A stretch of 64,000 nucleotides of DNA from Octopus vulgaris (Eukaryota), in the NCBI GenBank assembly GCA_951406725.2, contig OX597818.1, positions 125,736,001 through 125,800,000 of the forward strand, written 5' to 3'. A program made the position numbers and the translations under genes. The notes beneath the pieces were generated by a model. The model was given only the letters and a program-made list of their open reading frames with translations. It had not been told where the DNA came from and searched no databases. Shown here one piece after another: positions 13,338 through 25,467 of the stretch (position 1 is its first letter; each line of letters starts with the position of its first letter).

Positions 13338-13595
13338 CCAACGGACGCTCTATCAATTACGACGACGAGGGTTCCAGTTGATCCGATCAACGGTACAGCC
13401 TGCTCGTCAAATCAACGTGAACAGACGTATACCCTTAACGTAGTTTCTCAGAGAAATTCAGTGTGACATAGAATGTGACACGGTTGGGCCTATGAAATGC
13501 GGGCACTACTCATTTTTGTTGTCGGAGAGAACTGGAGCAATGAGAAATAAAGTGTCTTGCTCAAGGAGACAACATACAGCCGGGAATTGAATATG
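13338..13595 (-). mobile_element. tRNA-derived SINE family C
   Basis: Reverse complement ttcaattcccggc..ccttgagcaagacactttatttc..ttgctccag..ctacgttaagggtat..gatcggatcaactggaaccctcgtcgtcg; decayed relatives near 29520, 40370, 44150 and 54130. Confidence 0.75.
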
Positions 13596-13934
13596 TTCTG
13601 ACTTCATGCATTCCGACAGAAACATTTGCGATGACACTAGTGCTTAACTGTTTCGGCCCACGATGGCAGAATTTTCCTTGGATAATATCAGAGTGTAGAG
13701 AGAAGACACACGCTAGCATAGGCATCTGGTGCTCTTTCTAAAAAATAAACTAGCTTGCCCAGACCAGTGCATACATGACCAGATGCACGATAAGCTTTGG
13801 TCAAGTGAAGACCTGACATGTACAAGAAGAGAAAGATGTAGAAACGCAACGGCAAATTGAAGAAAGAGATATATATAAAGAAAGAGAGAGAGAGAGAGAT
13901 AAAAGGGAAATTTCTCATTTTTGAGTGTGTGTGT

Positions 13935-14060
13935 GTGGTCCGGCAAAAGAGCCGATAAAATAAGTACCAGATTTATACTGGGCTCGATGTGTTCGACCGA
14001 ACTCTTAAAGGCGGTGCCCCAGCATGGCCACATTGTAATGACTGAAACAAATAAAAGGAA
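13935..14060 (+). mobile_element. SINE family A 3' tail
   Basis: cggcaaaagagccgataaaataagtac..aaggcggtgccccagcatggcc..gactgaaac. Confidence 0.8.
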
Positions 14061-14198
14061 ACTTATATATACACCATTCTGCTTAGATAATGGAACTGCA
14101 AATATAATATCCTTACGTATCTCACGTCTGTCTTTATTCCTCCACTTCACTCTGTATTTCATATCTTTATAACTATTACTTAAACATTTTCTCACACC

Positions 14199-14246
14199 GC
14201 CTCTGATGAAGGGATATATAAAATATTCCGGAAACATCTGTAAGAC
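14199..14246 (+). ncRNA. Minimal type I hammerhead ribozyme in a Penelope-like tail
   Basis: gcct CTGATGA a gggatat ataaa atattcc g GAAA catctg TA agac; intact core, 7-bp stem II, one mismatch in stem I. Confidence 0.75.
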
Positions 14247-14336
14247 TTTCTCTTTATAAATGTTCTGAAAACTATTCACAGACTTGGATATTTTAATCTT
14301 ATTCTGTTAATTTTTATATATGTATATATATATATT

Positions 14337-14399
<63 letters not shown>

Positions 14400-14563
14400 T
14401 AAACGCGTAGTATAATGCGTAGTCTACAGACACACACACACACGTATATATGTACATACATACATACATACGTACATACATATACATACATACATACATA
14501 CATATGTGTGTGTGTATGTACGCATGTATGTGTGTGTGTGTGTGAGTGTGTGTGTGTGTGTGT

Positions 14564-14600
<37 letters not shown>

Positions 14601-15339
14601 TGTATTAACAAACAGAATAAGAACGTTATAAATGTTCGTGCAAATAACATTTCCGATATCCCATTGGGTGTGTTAACAAGAAATAGAAATATTAATGGTT
14701 TATTAATTTAATATAGATATATTGACGCTTCGGTTTCAAAAATGGCCTATTTCTCCCCCAAACCACTACCTACGATAAATTTTATCAGATTTATCTTCTG
14801 GATTTATTTCTTATATTTTTAAACATTATTTCTTTTTGCCGTTGTTATATTTCAGGCGCCTTCATTTTACTGAAAGCTTCATTGATAATATGTAAAAAAT
14901 ATCCTTCTTTCGTATATGTTTCGTTTCGTTTTCTTCTGCACTGTGTCATTTCAGGGTTATTAAGCAAGGCATGTCTAATCTAAATTTCATATCTTCACGT
15001 TTTTTTTTTAAGTAATATTAAAAATTTTTTATGTATGAGCGGGGGCGTTGTCTTTGGAGCGTCACTTTTCATATATGATACGACAGACTTGATAGCAACT
15101 GATTCGTAGATACAGCGTATAAAATGTAAGCCATTTGAAATTTGGTATTTGAAACAATTTAGAGACAATGGTTTACTGATACGGATTGAAATATACTTAA
15201 TGCGTAGTACCTAAGCTCAACTTCTTATACACGCAAACACGTACATACATACATACATACATACATACATACATACATACATACATACATACATACCTAA
15301 GCTCAACTTCTTATACACACACACAAACACTTCATTGTT

Positions 15340-15470
15340 TTTCGGTCTCCTTTCGGTACTGTTTTCGGTGAAAAAGCGAGGTGGACAAAGCTGTTCTTCT
15401 TTGCGCCTCCTGCTGTGATGTGGGCTCATCTGGGATTTCTGATAGAAATTTGTCTTGGTGCTTGATGCTA
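15340..15470 (-). mobile_element. CR1-like LINE C-terminal fragment (second subfamily)
   Basis: ORF track DKFLSEIPDEPTSQQ resembles LDKFLQGIPDKP of the 37445 element. Confidence 0.55.
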
Positions 15471-15544
15471 TCATTAAGGCCATTTATATTCAGTGACCAG
15501 ATGGTGCGAAACATTGTATTTGCACATGAAATGGTGTTCTACAA

Positions 15545-15780
15545 GATTAGGATTGAATCCAATTTTATAGTAAAATATTATATTATATTAAATTAGAGAC
15601 AAAACCACTATTAGGCAAATCAAACAATGAAAGACTTAAGCCAATACATATGATTAATTTATATTATTTAAATATGTAACAAAATTATCAAAAAATATAA
15701 TTAATATCCCACTACGATCGTTTCCTGCCTGCTGTCTTCAAATTTTTGAGTCGCAGTCATTCATCAGGTGGTTTAAATAT
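15545..15780 (-). mobile_element. Non-autonomous Penelope-like/retrozyme element carrying a hammerhead
   Basis: 15545-15650 is the reverse complement of 27250-27360 and related to 36270-36410; contains the hammerhead at 15709. Confidence 0.7.
15709..15771 (-). ncRNA. Minimal type I hammerhead ribozyme, intact
   Basis: Minus strand: ccac CTGATGA a tgactgc..tcaaa aa tttga..gcaggca g GAAA cgatcg TA gtgg; perfect stem I, palindromic stem III, GUA site. Confidence 0.88.
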
Positions 15781-16267
15781 CTAAAATATAATCAATATTT
15801 TTAAGATATAAATAATATATATAATATAAAATAATAATTTACTTATAATAAACTCTATTATTAAATATGATTATATCGAAATCGACTATAATGTTAAATA
15901 TTAACTTTAATTTATAAGGTAGAAAACCCATATTCTAATATCAATATTAGTCTATATCTAATTACATAAATATTTAAAATGACTAATATATATAAATTAT
16001 CAATGAAAATATATATAAATATTATAATCAAGATCTAAAATAATCTCTATAAATAATTGTATATAATGAAAACCTAATAAATTTAATTTTTCATATTTAA
16101 AGATCAAATAGCTAATTTCAAAATACAAATAAACTAACTTAAACTACTTTCAAAATCTTATGTAAAATACTTATAGAAATATTCAATTCTTAGTAATATA
16201 GTATTAAATAAATACTATAAGTACTATAAACATAATTATGAATGGGAATAATTATCTAATATAAATT

Positions 16268-16330
16268 ATGCTATTAAATTAGACATGGCCTAGACCATCT
16301 TTAGTCGAAACATATCTAATTTTATCAAAG
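16268..16330 (+). mobile_element. CR1-like LINE extreme 3' tail
   Basis: gctattaaattagacatggcctagaccatctttagtcgaaacatatctaa matches tails at 31200 and 54740. Confidence 0.75.
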
Positions 16331-17406
16331 TTTATCTAATTTATTTAATATCTAATAACATAGAAAATTACGATAATTAGATCATTACATAAACAACAAT
16401 ATTTACATAAGGAGAATATTATTACTCCAAAGGCTTATACAATATTAAAAATTTACAATTTGAAGATCTTAAAAAGATACATACTTTTCTTGGCGATATT
16501 TAAACAATGAACTAGAATTTTGAATCAAAAAATGTCTTATACAGCGTTTATAAGAATGCTCGTGGAATTACGTTATTAGCAAAAAAAAAGAATAAATTGT
16601 TGCAGAATTCTTTACGTGTGAGGAACCTACGTTAATTAAAGATTATGAATGGAAAATTATATGTTTATCATTGTAAAAAGAATGAATTCACAAATAAAGA
16701 ATAAAATCTCTCTATACTATAATATTTATTAATAAAAAAACTATGATAAATGAAACTTAATACAAAATAAATTAAATGATTAAAAACCACTTATTATTAA
16801 ATATATTCTAAAAATCTAATAAGATTAATAAATACATAAAAATAAATTTATATAGTAACCCCACTACATATTATAAATTATTTCCCATACCCTTATAAAT
16901 ATAAGCTAAAATTAGTGATCATAACAAATCTATATATACTAATCAAAATTTGTAGTATAACTATACATACGTATACATAAATATATAAGAAAATATCCAT
17001 ACATATACATTTATATATACATATATACACATATACACATATACATACATATACATATACATACACATATACACATACATACTCACATACATTCATATAC
17101 ATATATACACACATATATACACACACGTACACCCATACACATATGCACACTCATACATACATGTACATACATACAATACTCAATATATACACTTACACCA
17201 ATATATACACACCCACACACATACAAATAAATAAATGCATATACTATATATATACACACACACATCATCAAATACACAAATGCAATTCGAAGAAGCCTGC
17301 CATTTACCGGATGTAATATATGTAAACTCCCCCATGTGCTTCGTTGACGTTGAACAGTTAGCTGCTTGGCTTCGACGAGACAGGGTCGTTTATTTATGAT
17401 ACGTTC

Positions 17407-17455
17407 AGGCTTGCTGAGGAGTACGTAAGTACGAAATCACAGGTGATACAAGTCT
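17407..17455 (+). ncRNA. Type I hammerhead ribozyme, intact
   Basis: aggcttg CTGAGGA gtac gtaa gtac GAAA tcac ag gtga TA caagtct; 7-bp stem I, 4-bp stem II with GUAA tetraloop, 5-bp stem III, AUA site. Confidence 0.9.
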
Positions 17456-17876
17456 ATATTTTTTAAATGTCTTGCTTTGAAAGATTGCATTCGGTGGGAT
17501 TAGTAAAATTTTTGGTAGAAATGACTTTTTGTCCCTCTTAGCGTGTGGCATCTATGTATAATAATGCCCTCTATATATAAATATATATATATATATATAC
17601 ACTAAGATACAAAATTTAAACACAAACACAACACAGGAACAAACGGAAAATTCACACACCATACAGGGCGTTGCTCATTTCTCGTTAGTTATCGTTCAGA
17701 GACAAAGCGAGTAACAGAATGAGAGTGAGAGAGTGAAAGAGCGGGAGAGAGAGAGAGAGAGATTGTGTGTGTGTGTGTTGAGCGATTAAAGACGGTAAAG
17801 CAAACGGCGTTTCTCTAAATCATCTCTGTGTAATGAGAAATAAAAGTAGTAATTACAAATTAAATGACCAAACAAA

Positions 17877-18033
17877 AGCGAGACAATAGCGAGAGGACAG
17901 CGAAACAACAGCGAGAGGACAGCGAAACAACAGCGAGACAACAGCGTGACAAGAACCCTTTCATCCCTTAAGCTGACAAATCTTAGAATTCAGCGCTGTA
18001 TCGACAGATCTTAGAATTCAGCGCTGTAACGAC
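17877..18033. repeat. 11-bp minisatellite (cagcgagacaa variants) followed by a 28-bp tandem duplication
   Basis: agcgagacaat/agcgagaggac/agcgaaacaac units; aca(a/g)atcttagaattcagcgctgta(t/a)cg occurs twice. Confidence 0.85.
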
Positions 18034-18291
18034 AACTCTTTTGAAGTAGACAAGCGAAGAGGAAATTATTAATTCAAACAGAACATAATAGAGATATTGT
18101 TGTAACGAATATTTATCCGGGTCGTGTCTTACTGTGTGAAAGAGGCTAGCACTAGCTATCCTTTTCTTATCCATTCACGTGATGTTGGGCTGTATTCATC
18201 GATGGTCACCATACCACAAGAAGAGAACAAATGAAGTCAAACTCATGTACGTACACTCACTCACCCACAGGCACATACACGCGCGTACACT

Positions 18292-18335
<44 letters not shown>

Positions 18336-18413
18336 GTGTATGTGTATGTATATTCTTATATGTTTCAGCCTTAAGGCTGCAGCTATGCTGGCGCACCACC
18401 ATACATATACACA

Positions 18414-18462
<49 letters not shown>

Positions 18463-18463
18463 G

Positions 18464-18506
<43 letters not shown>

Positions 18507-18656
18507 GTTTTTCAGCCGTGGTGCCCCAGCATGGCCGCGGCCTTCGGGCTAAAACATTTTTAAGGATTTAAGGATATATATATACATATATACTTTTATA
18601 TTAATATGTGAGTATATGTATAAATATATTTGTTTATATGTAAATATATATATATA

Positions 18657-19940
18657 TAGATTCATCCCATAAATAATGCGGTTTTTTTTATACTTCTTGT
18701 ATTTTTCAAAATTAAAATAATCAAATTTTTTTTAATCTAACATACACCCTCCTTCATTTTCTACAATGTTCTTCCATGTATCTGATAAACTTGCAAGGCC
18801 CCTCTTTCAAAATTCACATATTCGTGACAAAAAATGCTCCTCTAGTACCCTTCTGACTTCGTCTACAGAATTCATATTTTTTTCCGTTCAAATGATTGTG
18901 AAGAGTACGAAATAAATGGGAATCAGATGGGGCAATGCCCGGCGAATATGGTGGGTGGGGCGTCATTTCCCATTCCATCGCTCCAGCCTTTGGAACGTCA
19001 TCCTCGCCGTCATGTGGCCGAGCATTATCCCGAGGGAAGAAAGCCTTTCGTCTTGAAACCAAAGATGGTCGTTTTTCTTCTAGCGCTGACTTAAGCCGCT
19101 CAAGATGATCGCTGTAGATCTACTTTGTTATCGTTTGTTTTGGGTTTAAAAGTTCAAAGTAGACTAATCTTTCATATCTCACCAAACAGATAACAACACC
19201 TTACATGGGTGAAGACCTTTAGCTTGGGGTGCCGGTGTTTCTCCTTTCCCTTTGGGGTGCCGGTGTTTCTCCTTTTTCGGCGCTTGACGTTTTTATAGAG
19301 AACCCATTTCTTGTTACCAGTCACTGTTCGGTCCAGAAAAGATCCATTCATAAGATGTGACAACAAAGAAGAGCACAAATTCACTCTCTGTGCGCGATTA
19401 GACTCGGAAAGTTTGTGAGGAACCCATTGACCCAATTTGCTGACTTTTCCGATGTGTCGATGAATGATTAAATGACTAAATCAAAGCTTCTCTGCTAGTT
19501 CCTCAACATTTACGATGGGATTTGTTCCACTGGGGTCTGTAGGACGTCTTCGCCGAGCCCTACACATCTTCCAGTACGAGGCTCGTCTTTTAGGCTGTAG
19601 TTTCCGGCTCGGAATTTCTAAAACCACCATTGACACTGGCTTACGCTTCTTGTCCGATCCTCATATGCTGCATTAATATTCCTCGCACTTTCCGTTGCGT
19701 TATTGCCTTTATTGAACTCGTTAAAAAATATGCCGAATATGCTCCTTTAAAACTTCCATTATAGCTTTGAAAAATAACAGTTAAAACGAATCTCTCTCTT
19801 CAAAACATGCACTAAGAATAAGTACACGGTAAAATTAGTATCTGATTTCATAGCAAGTTGATGCAGGTAGTTTATTCCGTCCCCCTCCGGTATTTATTTC
19901 ATGCAATTGAAATAACGGCATTATCTATGGAATGACCCTA
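18657..19940 (-). mobile_element. Full-length degenerate mariner transposon
   Basis: Imperfect TIRs tagattcatcccataaataatgcggtt / aacggcattatctatggaatgacccta in TA context, about 1.28 kb. Motifs WVPHKL, TVTGNKKWVLY, RDNARPH, HPPYSPGIAPSDSHLF. ATG at 19759, with frameshifts. Confidence 0.93.
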
Positions 19941-20326
19941 TATAATATATATATATTTTTTTTACTTAATTTGCTTTTTGCGGGAAAGACTGTTTCAATG
20001 AAATCGTGTTTCGCCTTTACCTTCGGAACGCGGAGTAGATGAAACAGAGGCGGCTGAAGAAGAGGTATTTTCCTTGTGTTGTATGTCTTGTACTCTATTT
20101 TTTCGTTGTTTAAGAAAAATGTCCATTTCTTTGGTTTTGTGTTTATGTTTTCGTTTCTCATTGTGTTCGACGTTTTTTGGTCTCCTGTACCCATATATGC
20201 ATGTATATATATACATGTAGATATAGGTACGTACATATATGTATGTATATATGCATATGTTTTATTTATTAATTTGTTATTATATGACGGAACGCACGCA
20301 TCCATTTCTAAGTAAGTTTTATCTTA

Positions 20327-20369
<43 letters not shown>

Positions 20370-20402
20370 AATATTATATACAGATATATAGATATATATG
20401 TA

Positions 20403-20795
20403 TCTCTCTCTATATATAAAGCTGAAGTTGTCTGTGTGTGGCAGGTTTGGTAACCTTCAACTAACACTATCTCCTCCGAAACCCTGCGGCGCAAGTTGAC
20501 CAAAATTGAGAGTATGATAGAAGAAGGCTTGCTCTTTATTCCGTAGAAGAAAAAATTCAAATCGGACCATGTTAACACCAAAAATTATTTACATCAAAAA
20601 GGTGCTTTTTTTCTAAGAAAATCCCTATTTTTTACGATTTTTTAACTGCTGTGTCGCCATTTTGCGGTGTATTTCAACCAGAAAAATGTTCACTTAAAGA
20701 GAATAATAAGCTACATAATGCAAAATTTTTTCTTATCAAAAATTCCAATTCTAAAGGGTCGAAACAAACCCGAGCAACGCCGGGCGATACTGCTA

Positions 20796-20796
<1 letters not shown>
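20403..20796 (+). mobile_element. Non-autonomous Helitron
   Basis: 5' TC start (tctctctctatatataaag), 3' hairpin cccgagcaacgccggg followed by CTAG, inserted between A and T. Confidence 0.82.
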
Positions 20797-20839
<43 letters not shown>

Positions 20840-21142
20840 TATTAGAGAGTAGGAACTATTAGACCTGACACCGTGTATTAACCAGTGTTGTTCAAACGAT
20901 GAATAGCTTTGCGTAAACCATTGGTTCGTTTTATTCTTTTACTTTATTATCATCTTATAATCATCTCATAATAATGACTTTTATGGCTCGTATTACTACC
21001 TCAGTCGATCTAAATGTATATACTTGTCGTTATCTGTCATAAATAGCCTTTTTCTATTTGCAATATGCATTTTCGTTGATTTTTCATATTTTACCCTTAC
21101 TTTTCAACGTGTATTTTATATTTTCTTTTCGTAACATATTTC

Positions 21143-21197
<55 letters not shown>

Positions 21198-22724
21198 CTT
21201 ACATCAGATGTATACATATACTTAAATATGTATAAGCATATATATACATATACATATATATATACATATATATATACATATATATATAGGTAGATAGATA
21301 GACAGACAGATAGATAGATACGCATGCATACAAAAATGTTCATCCGTAGAAAAATACAAAAGCATCTCATCCGAAACGCCTGGAACACATAAAATACAGT
21401 GGAATTTATTAATTCACCTACCCATGTGACAATTGACAACGTCACTTGTCAACACAGATTTCATTCAATGTTTTCTTTCTTGACATTTTGAAACTTCTTT
21501 TCTTTTGCTTTCTTCTTTTCCAACCTCCTTCATTTTTATATTCTGTCTTTTCTTTCATGTGTCCCTGTAAAGCCACAGTCTATTGAATGCACCGTCGGAT
21601 ACGAAAATACTATTTCGATATTTGGAGAAAATAAGTTAAGATAAGATAAATCAAAATGACGAAGCACAAGTGGGAAATAATACATCAAATATATCGGGAA
21701 ATGAATATATAAAATAAACAAATAGAAAGGCATAAACTATAATAAGATTAAAGGAATAAATTAAAATAAAGAAGACAATATATAAGGAAGAAGAAGAATA
21801 ATTGAAGGAAAACAGGCTAACCCTAAATATAAATAGTATTTAGTTGCTTGGCTAATAAACTCAACTTGTTAATCGCGAGTAAACAGAACTGGTAATTCTT
21901 TGAAGTTTCGTATAAAGTATACACACACATACATATGCACACATTCACAGATACACTCATATAGATATACATGCACAATCCCATTCACAAATATATTGGC
22001 ACACACGCGTATAGACGAAGATACACACCCAACACGCACACTTGCACGCATACAAATAAGCTCAACAACTTGTTTGTAGTCTCTACGTAGTTGTTTGCTT
22101 TATGTACACACGCACACACACGTGTTTGTGTGTGTGTGTGTGTGTGTGCATGTGTGCGTGTATATATATATATATCCTCCAAGTAAGTTTTTGTATATAT
22201 ATATATACATATATATATATGTGTGTGAGTGTGTGTGTGTGTGTGTAGTAATACCAGCACCAGCAGTGAAGGCGGTAGTAGTAGTAGTCGTAGTAGTAAT
22301 CGTCGTCGAAGTTGTTGTAGTATTAGTATTAGTAGTATTAGTAGTAGTAGTAGTAGTAGTAGTAGTAATATACTTCTTATTGTGGTGAATTTCTCGACTG
22401 CCAGACGACACAAAGTATAAACTTGTAAGGACTTTCCGAAGTTTCTTCGAGTAAAAATATCCATAACCCGACGGATGAGACAAACGATTAGAACTACCAC
22501 CACCACCACCACCACCATTAATAACTACCACTACCATCACCATCAATGCTATAACCTCCACTACAACCAACACCATCACACCTCAGCCAGTACTGATACG
22601 ATTTCCACTATTGACGTATCAAATATCAACACCGCTCAAACCCCACCAGTCAAACCTGACCCCATACTCTTGCCACAGTAACTACCAGTAACATCACAAC
22701 TATTAAATGTGTGTTAAAGAGAAT

Positions 22725-23269
22725 GGATCTTTTCCTTTTGAAGGTCAGATTTCAACACAATTTCTAGTTAACTAAATACTTTAAAACTTCGTATACTGGT
22801 AGAATGTGTCAAAAGAAAATATCATTTCCATTTGGCTTTCTTGATAAATTTGTAATTCGTTTGTTTAACGTAGTTTAATTTTTCGAATTTTAACCAATCC
22901 TATGCTCTCTTTTGACCTAAAATCATTTGCTGCGTCTAAAAACTGAGACAGCATCCTGTAACTAACCCTCCCCCTAAATCTAACCCTAATTTTTTTTTCT
23001 TAATTGTCAAATTAATTTAATTGTTACGCGTTTTACAGGATGTTGTCTCAGTTTTTAGAAGCAGCAAATGATTTCAGCTCAAATACAGGCGATTCATCGG
23101 TTAAAATTCGAAAAATTTAACAACGTTAAACAAACGAATTACAAATTTATCAAGAAAGCCAAGTGAAAATAATGTTTTCTTTTGACACATTCTACCAGTA
23201 TACGAAGTTTTAAAGTGTTTAGTTAACTAGAAATTGTGTTGAAATCTGGCCTTCAAAAGGAAAAGATCC
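22725..23269. mobile_element. Merlin-like foldback MITE
   Basis: About 235-bp TIRs (ggatcttttccttttgaagg... / ...ccttcaaaaggaaaagatcc); exact 8-bp TSD aagagaat at 22717-22724 and 23270-23277; TIR related to the 9905 element. Confidence 0.9.
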
Positions 23270-23452
23270 AAGAGAATAAATTCAGATTCGATTATGAATT
23301 CTAGAGGTTATGAGAAAATCCAAAGGCATGGATTTAAAGGATTCGGCGAAAACAAAAGCAGTAAAAAACTGCAGATTACATGCTATGGAAATACACCGCT
23401 CTCATTTCCCAAGTCACCCAGCCATGTGTAAACCGTCCCAGGTCTAAAATGT

Positions 23453-23609
23453 GTGTGGCTGTGTGGTATGAAGTTTGCTTACCAACCACATGTTTCCAGG
23501 TTCAGTCCCACTGCGTGGCAGCTTGAGCAATTGTCGTCTACTATAACCTCGGACCGACCGAAGCTTTGTGAGTAGATTTGGTAGACGGAAACTGAAAGAA
23601 ACCTGTCGT
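23453..23609 (+). mobile_element. SINE family A 5' half
   Basis: gtggctgtgtggtatgaagtttgc..ggttcagtcccactgcgtggca..gtagacggaaactgaaagaa. Confidence 0.85.
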
Positions 23610-23660
23610 ATGTATGTATGTGTGTATATACATACATACATACATACATACACACACACT

Positions 23661-23691
<31 letters not shown>

Positions 23692-23725
23692 GGATATATG
23701 TATGTATGTATATGTATATATATAT

Positions 23726-23814
<89 letters not shown>

Positions 23815-23821
<7 letters not shown>

Positions 23822-24589
23822 TGAGGGAGATAAATTAATATTAATTTTAATATCAATTTAAAACCAGTAGTCCAGCATACAAAAATCTGAGGAGTCAGAG
23901 AAAATTCTAATATATGTGTATATTGGCAGGGCTTACTGCTAGGGAGTCGGCCGTATGCTAGAAATAGACCATCAACGGTCATACTACAAGGAAATTCTCT
24001 AGAGGGAAAAATACAGCGAACACCAGAACCAACTTTGGCGGGCATGACATGAAAATTTATATAAAAAATAGAATTAAATGCATACCTCGGTTTCAGCCTT
24101 AACAAGAGAATTACTAATGCAATCCAAATGTCCGTGCTTCTTCAGTGCATCCGTTCATAGTAATGTAAGCGGAAAAGCTAACCCCAGCTTTCGTGCCAGT
24201 ACAGACACGTGTGTAGCTTTACCGATTACACTAGTGATAAAATTTCAAATGTCTTGATTCTGGCGCGCTAATAAATTTCTGAGGCGAAGGGCTGCAGTAA
24301 ATAATTCACTGCGGTTCTTACTTAGTACTAGAGAACGTATTTATTTCAATATTTAAATAATGAGGGAGATAAATTAATATTAATTTTAATATCAATTTAA
24401 AACCAGTAGTCCAGCATACAAAAATCTGAGGAGTCAGAGAAAATTCTAATATATGTGTATATTGGCAGGGCTTACTGCTAGGGAGTCGGCCGTATGCTAG
24501 AAATAGACCATCAACGGTCATACTACAAGGAAATTCTCTAGAGGGAAAAATACAGCGAACACCAAAGTTGGTTCTGGTGTTCGCTGTAT
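23815..24589 (-). mobile_element. Retrozyme/Penelope-like non-coding element: 539-bp unit, 211-bp terminal direct repeat, 28-bp 5' inversion
   Basis: 23815-24025 appears identical to 24354-24564; 24562-24589 is the reverse complement of 24011-24038; hammerhead at 24076; abuts (TA)n. Confidence 0.85.
24076..24152 (-). ncRNA. Type I hammerhead ribozyme, intact core, large stem II insert
   Basis: Minus strand: ggatgca CTGAAGA agc[...]gct GAAA ccgagg TA tgcattt; GUA site. Confidence 0.85.
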
Positions 24590-24599
24590 AAACAAATCA

Positions 24600-25271
24600 T
24601 GTGTGTGGTTGTTCAGCAAGAAATTTTCGAACCCTCTTGATATATATAATAAAGTCGATATGGCTGGCCGGATGAGCTCCTCGATCCTCTACACTTTCCG
24701 GTCCAGACTCTCTTCTCCTTTCTACGGCCATAACTAGAATACTGCTGTGTTCTGTGGTTTCTCCACACTAAAAAAATCATTACCAGAACTGAGCCATCTC
24801 AGAGAACATTCATTATAAAAATAAAGGGCACGACTTATTTTCATTATTGAGAGCTACTTGAATGTTTATTTTCTCCAGTATTCCACCATTATTGCCCAAA
24901 CGAGCTTAACTTTAGATTCGGGATACATCAAAATCTAGAGTCTTAGGGCCACGTGCCATACGCATCCTTACACAATTCAGGTATACAGCACATAATTTCA
25001 CTGTAACACAATTTCTGTTCCTCAAATGCCCTGATCTGTTTAACATTATCCCAGAACAAATTAAAAAGAAAAAAGACCCCATTACCTTCAGAATGGAACC
25101 TGGACAAATTCTTTGAGAGCATACTAGATAAGCTACCTAAACCTAGATACGTCCTAGTCAACAACAACTCCCTATTTGAATGGCCCATGATATCACAAAA
25201 CTCGATTTAGAAATGACCTAGCAGATCCTATCAATTGGTGGTTTTAAGTAAGACATGGCCTGAGCCAATCT

Positions 25272-25272
<1 letters not shown>
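24600..25272 (+). mobile_element. Degenerate CR1-like LINE 3' fragment
   Basis: LEYCCVLW motif; similar to 30733 and 37445 copies (aaagaaaaagacccc..ctggacaaattc); tail ggtggt..agacatggcc. Confidence 0.75.
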
Positions 25273-25347
<75 letters not shown>

Positions 25348-25374
25348 TGTGTACATATATATGTACATATTTAC

Positions 25375-25467
<93 letters not shown>

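Noticed and set aside
16400-16720. Possible Penelope GIY-YIG coding remnant
   Set aside because: The resemblance is too weak in AT-rich sequence to support without a profile search.
17877-17952. CRISPR-like repeat array
   Set aside because: Units are contiguous without unique spacers, there are no cas genes, and the context is eukaryotic.
19985-20195. Penelope-like tail containing CTGAAGA
   Set aside because: No GAAA after a stem II, so the ribozyme cannot be folded; element identity is unverified.
20894-20931. aaacg-atga..gtaaa-ccattgg-tt-cgttt, possible decayed hammerhead
   Set aside because: Both core segments are broken; not distinguishable from chance.
23885-23910. CTGAGGA gtcaga GAAA within the 211-bp repeat
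   Set aside because: No stem II or stem I pairing.
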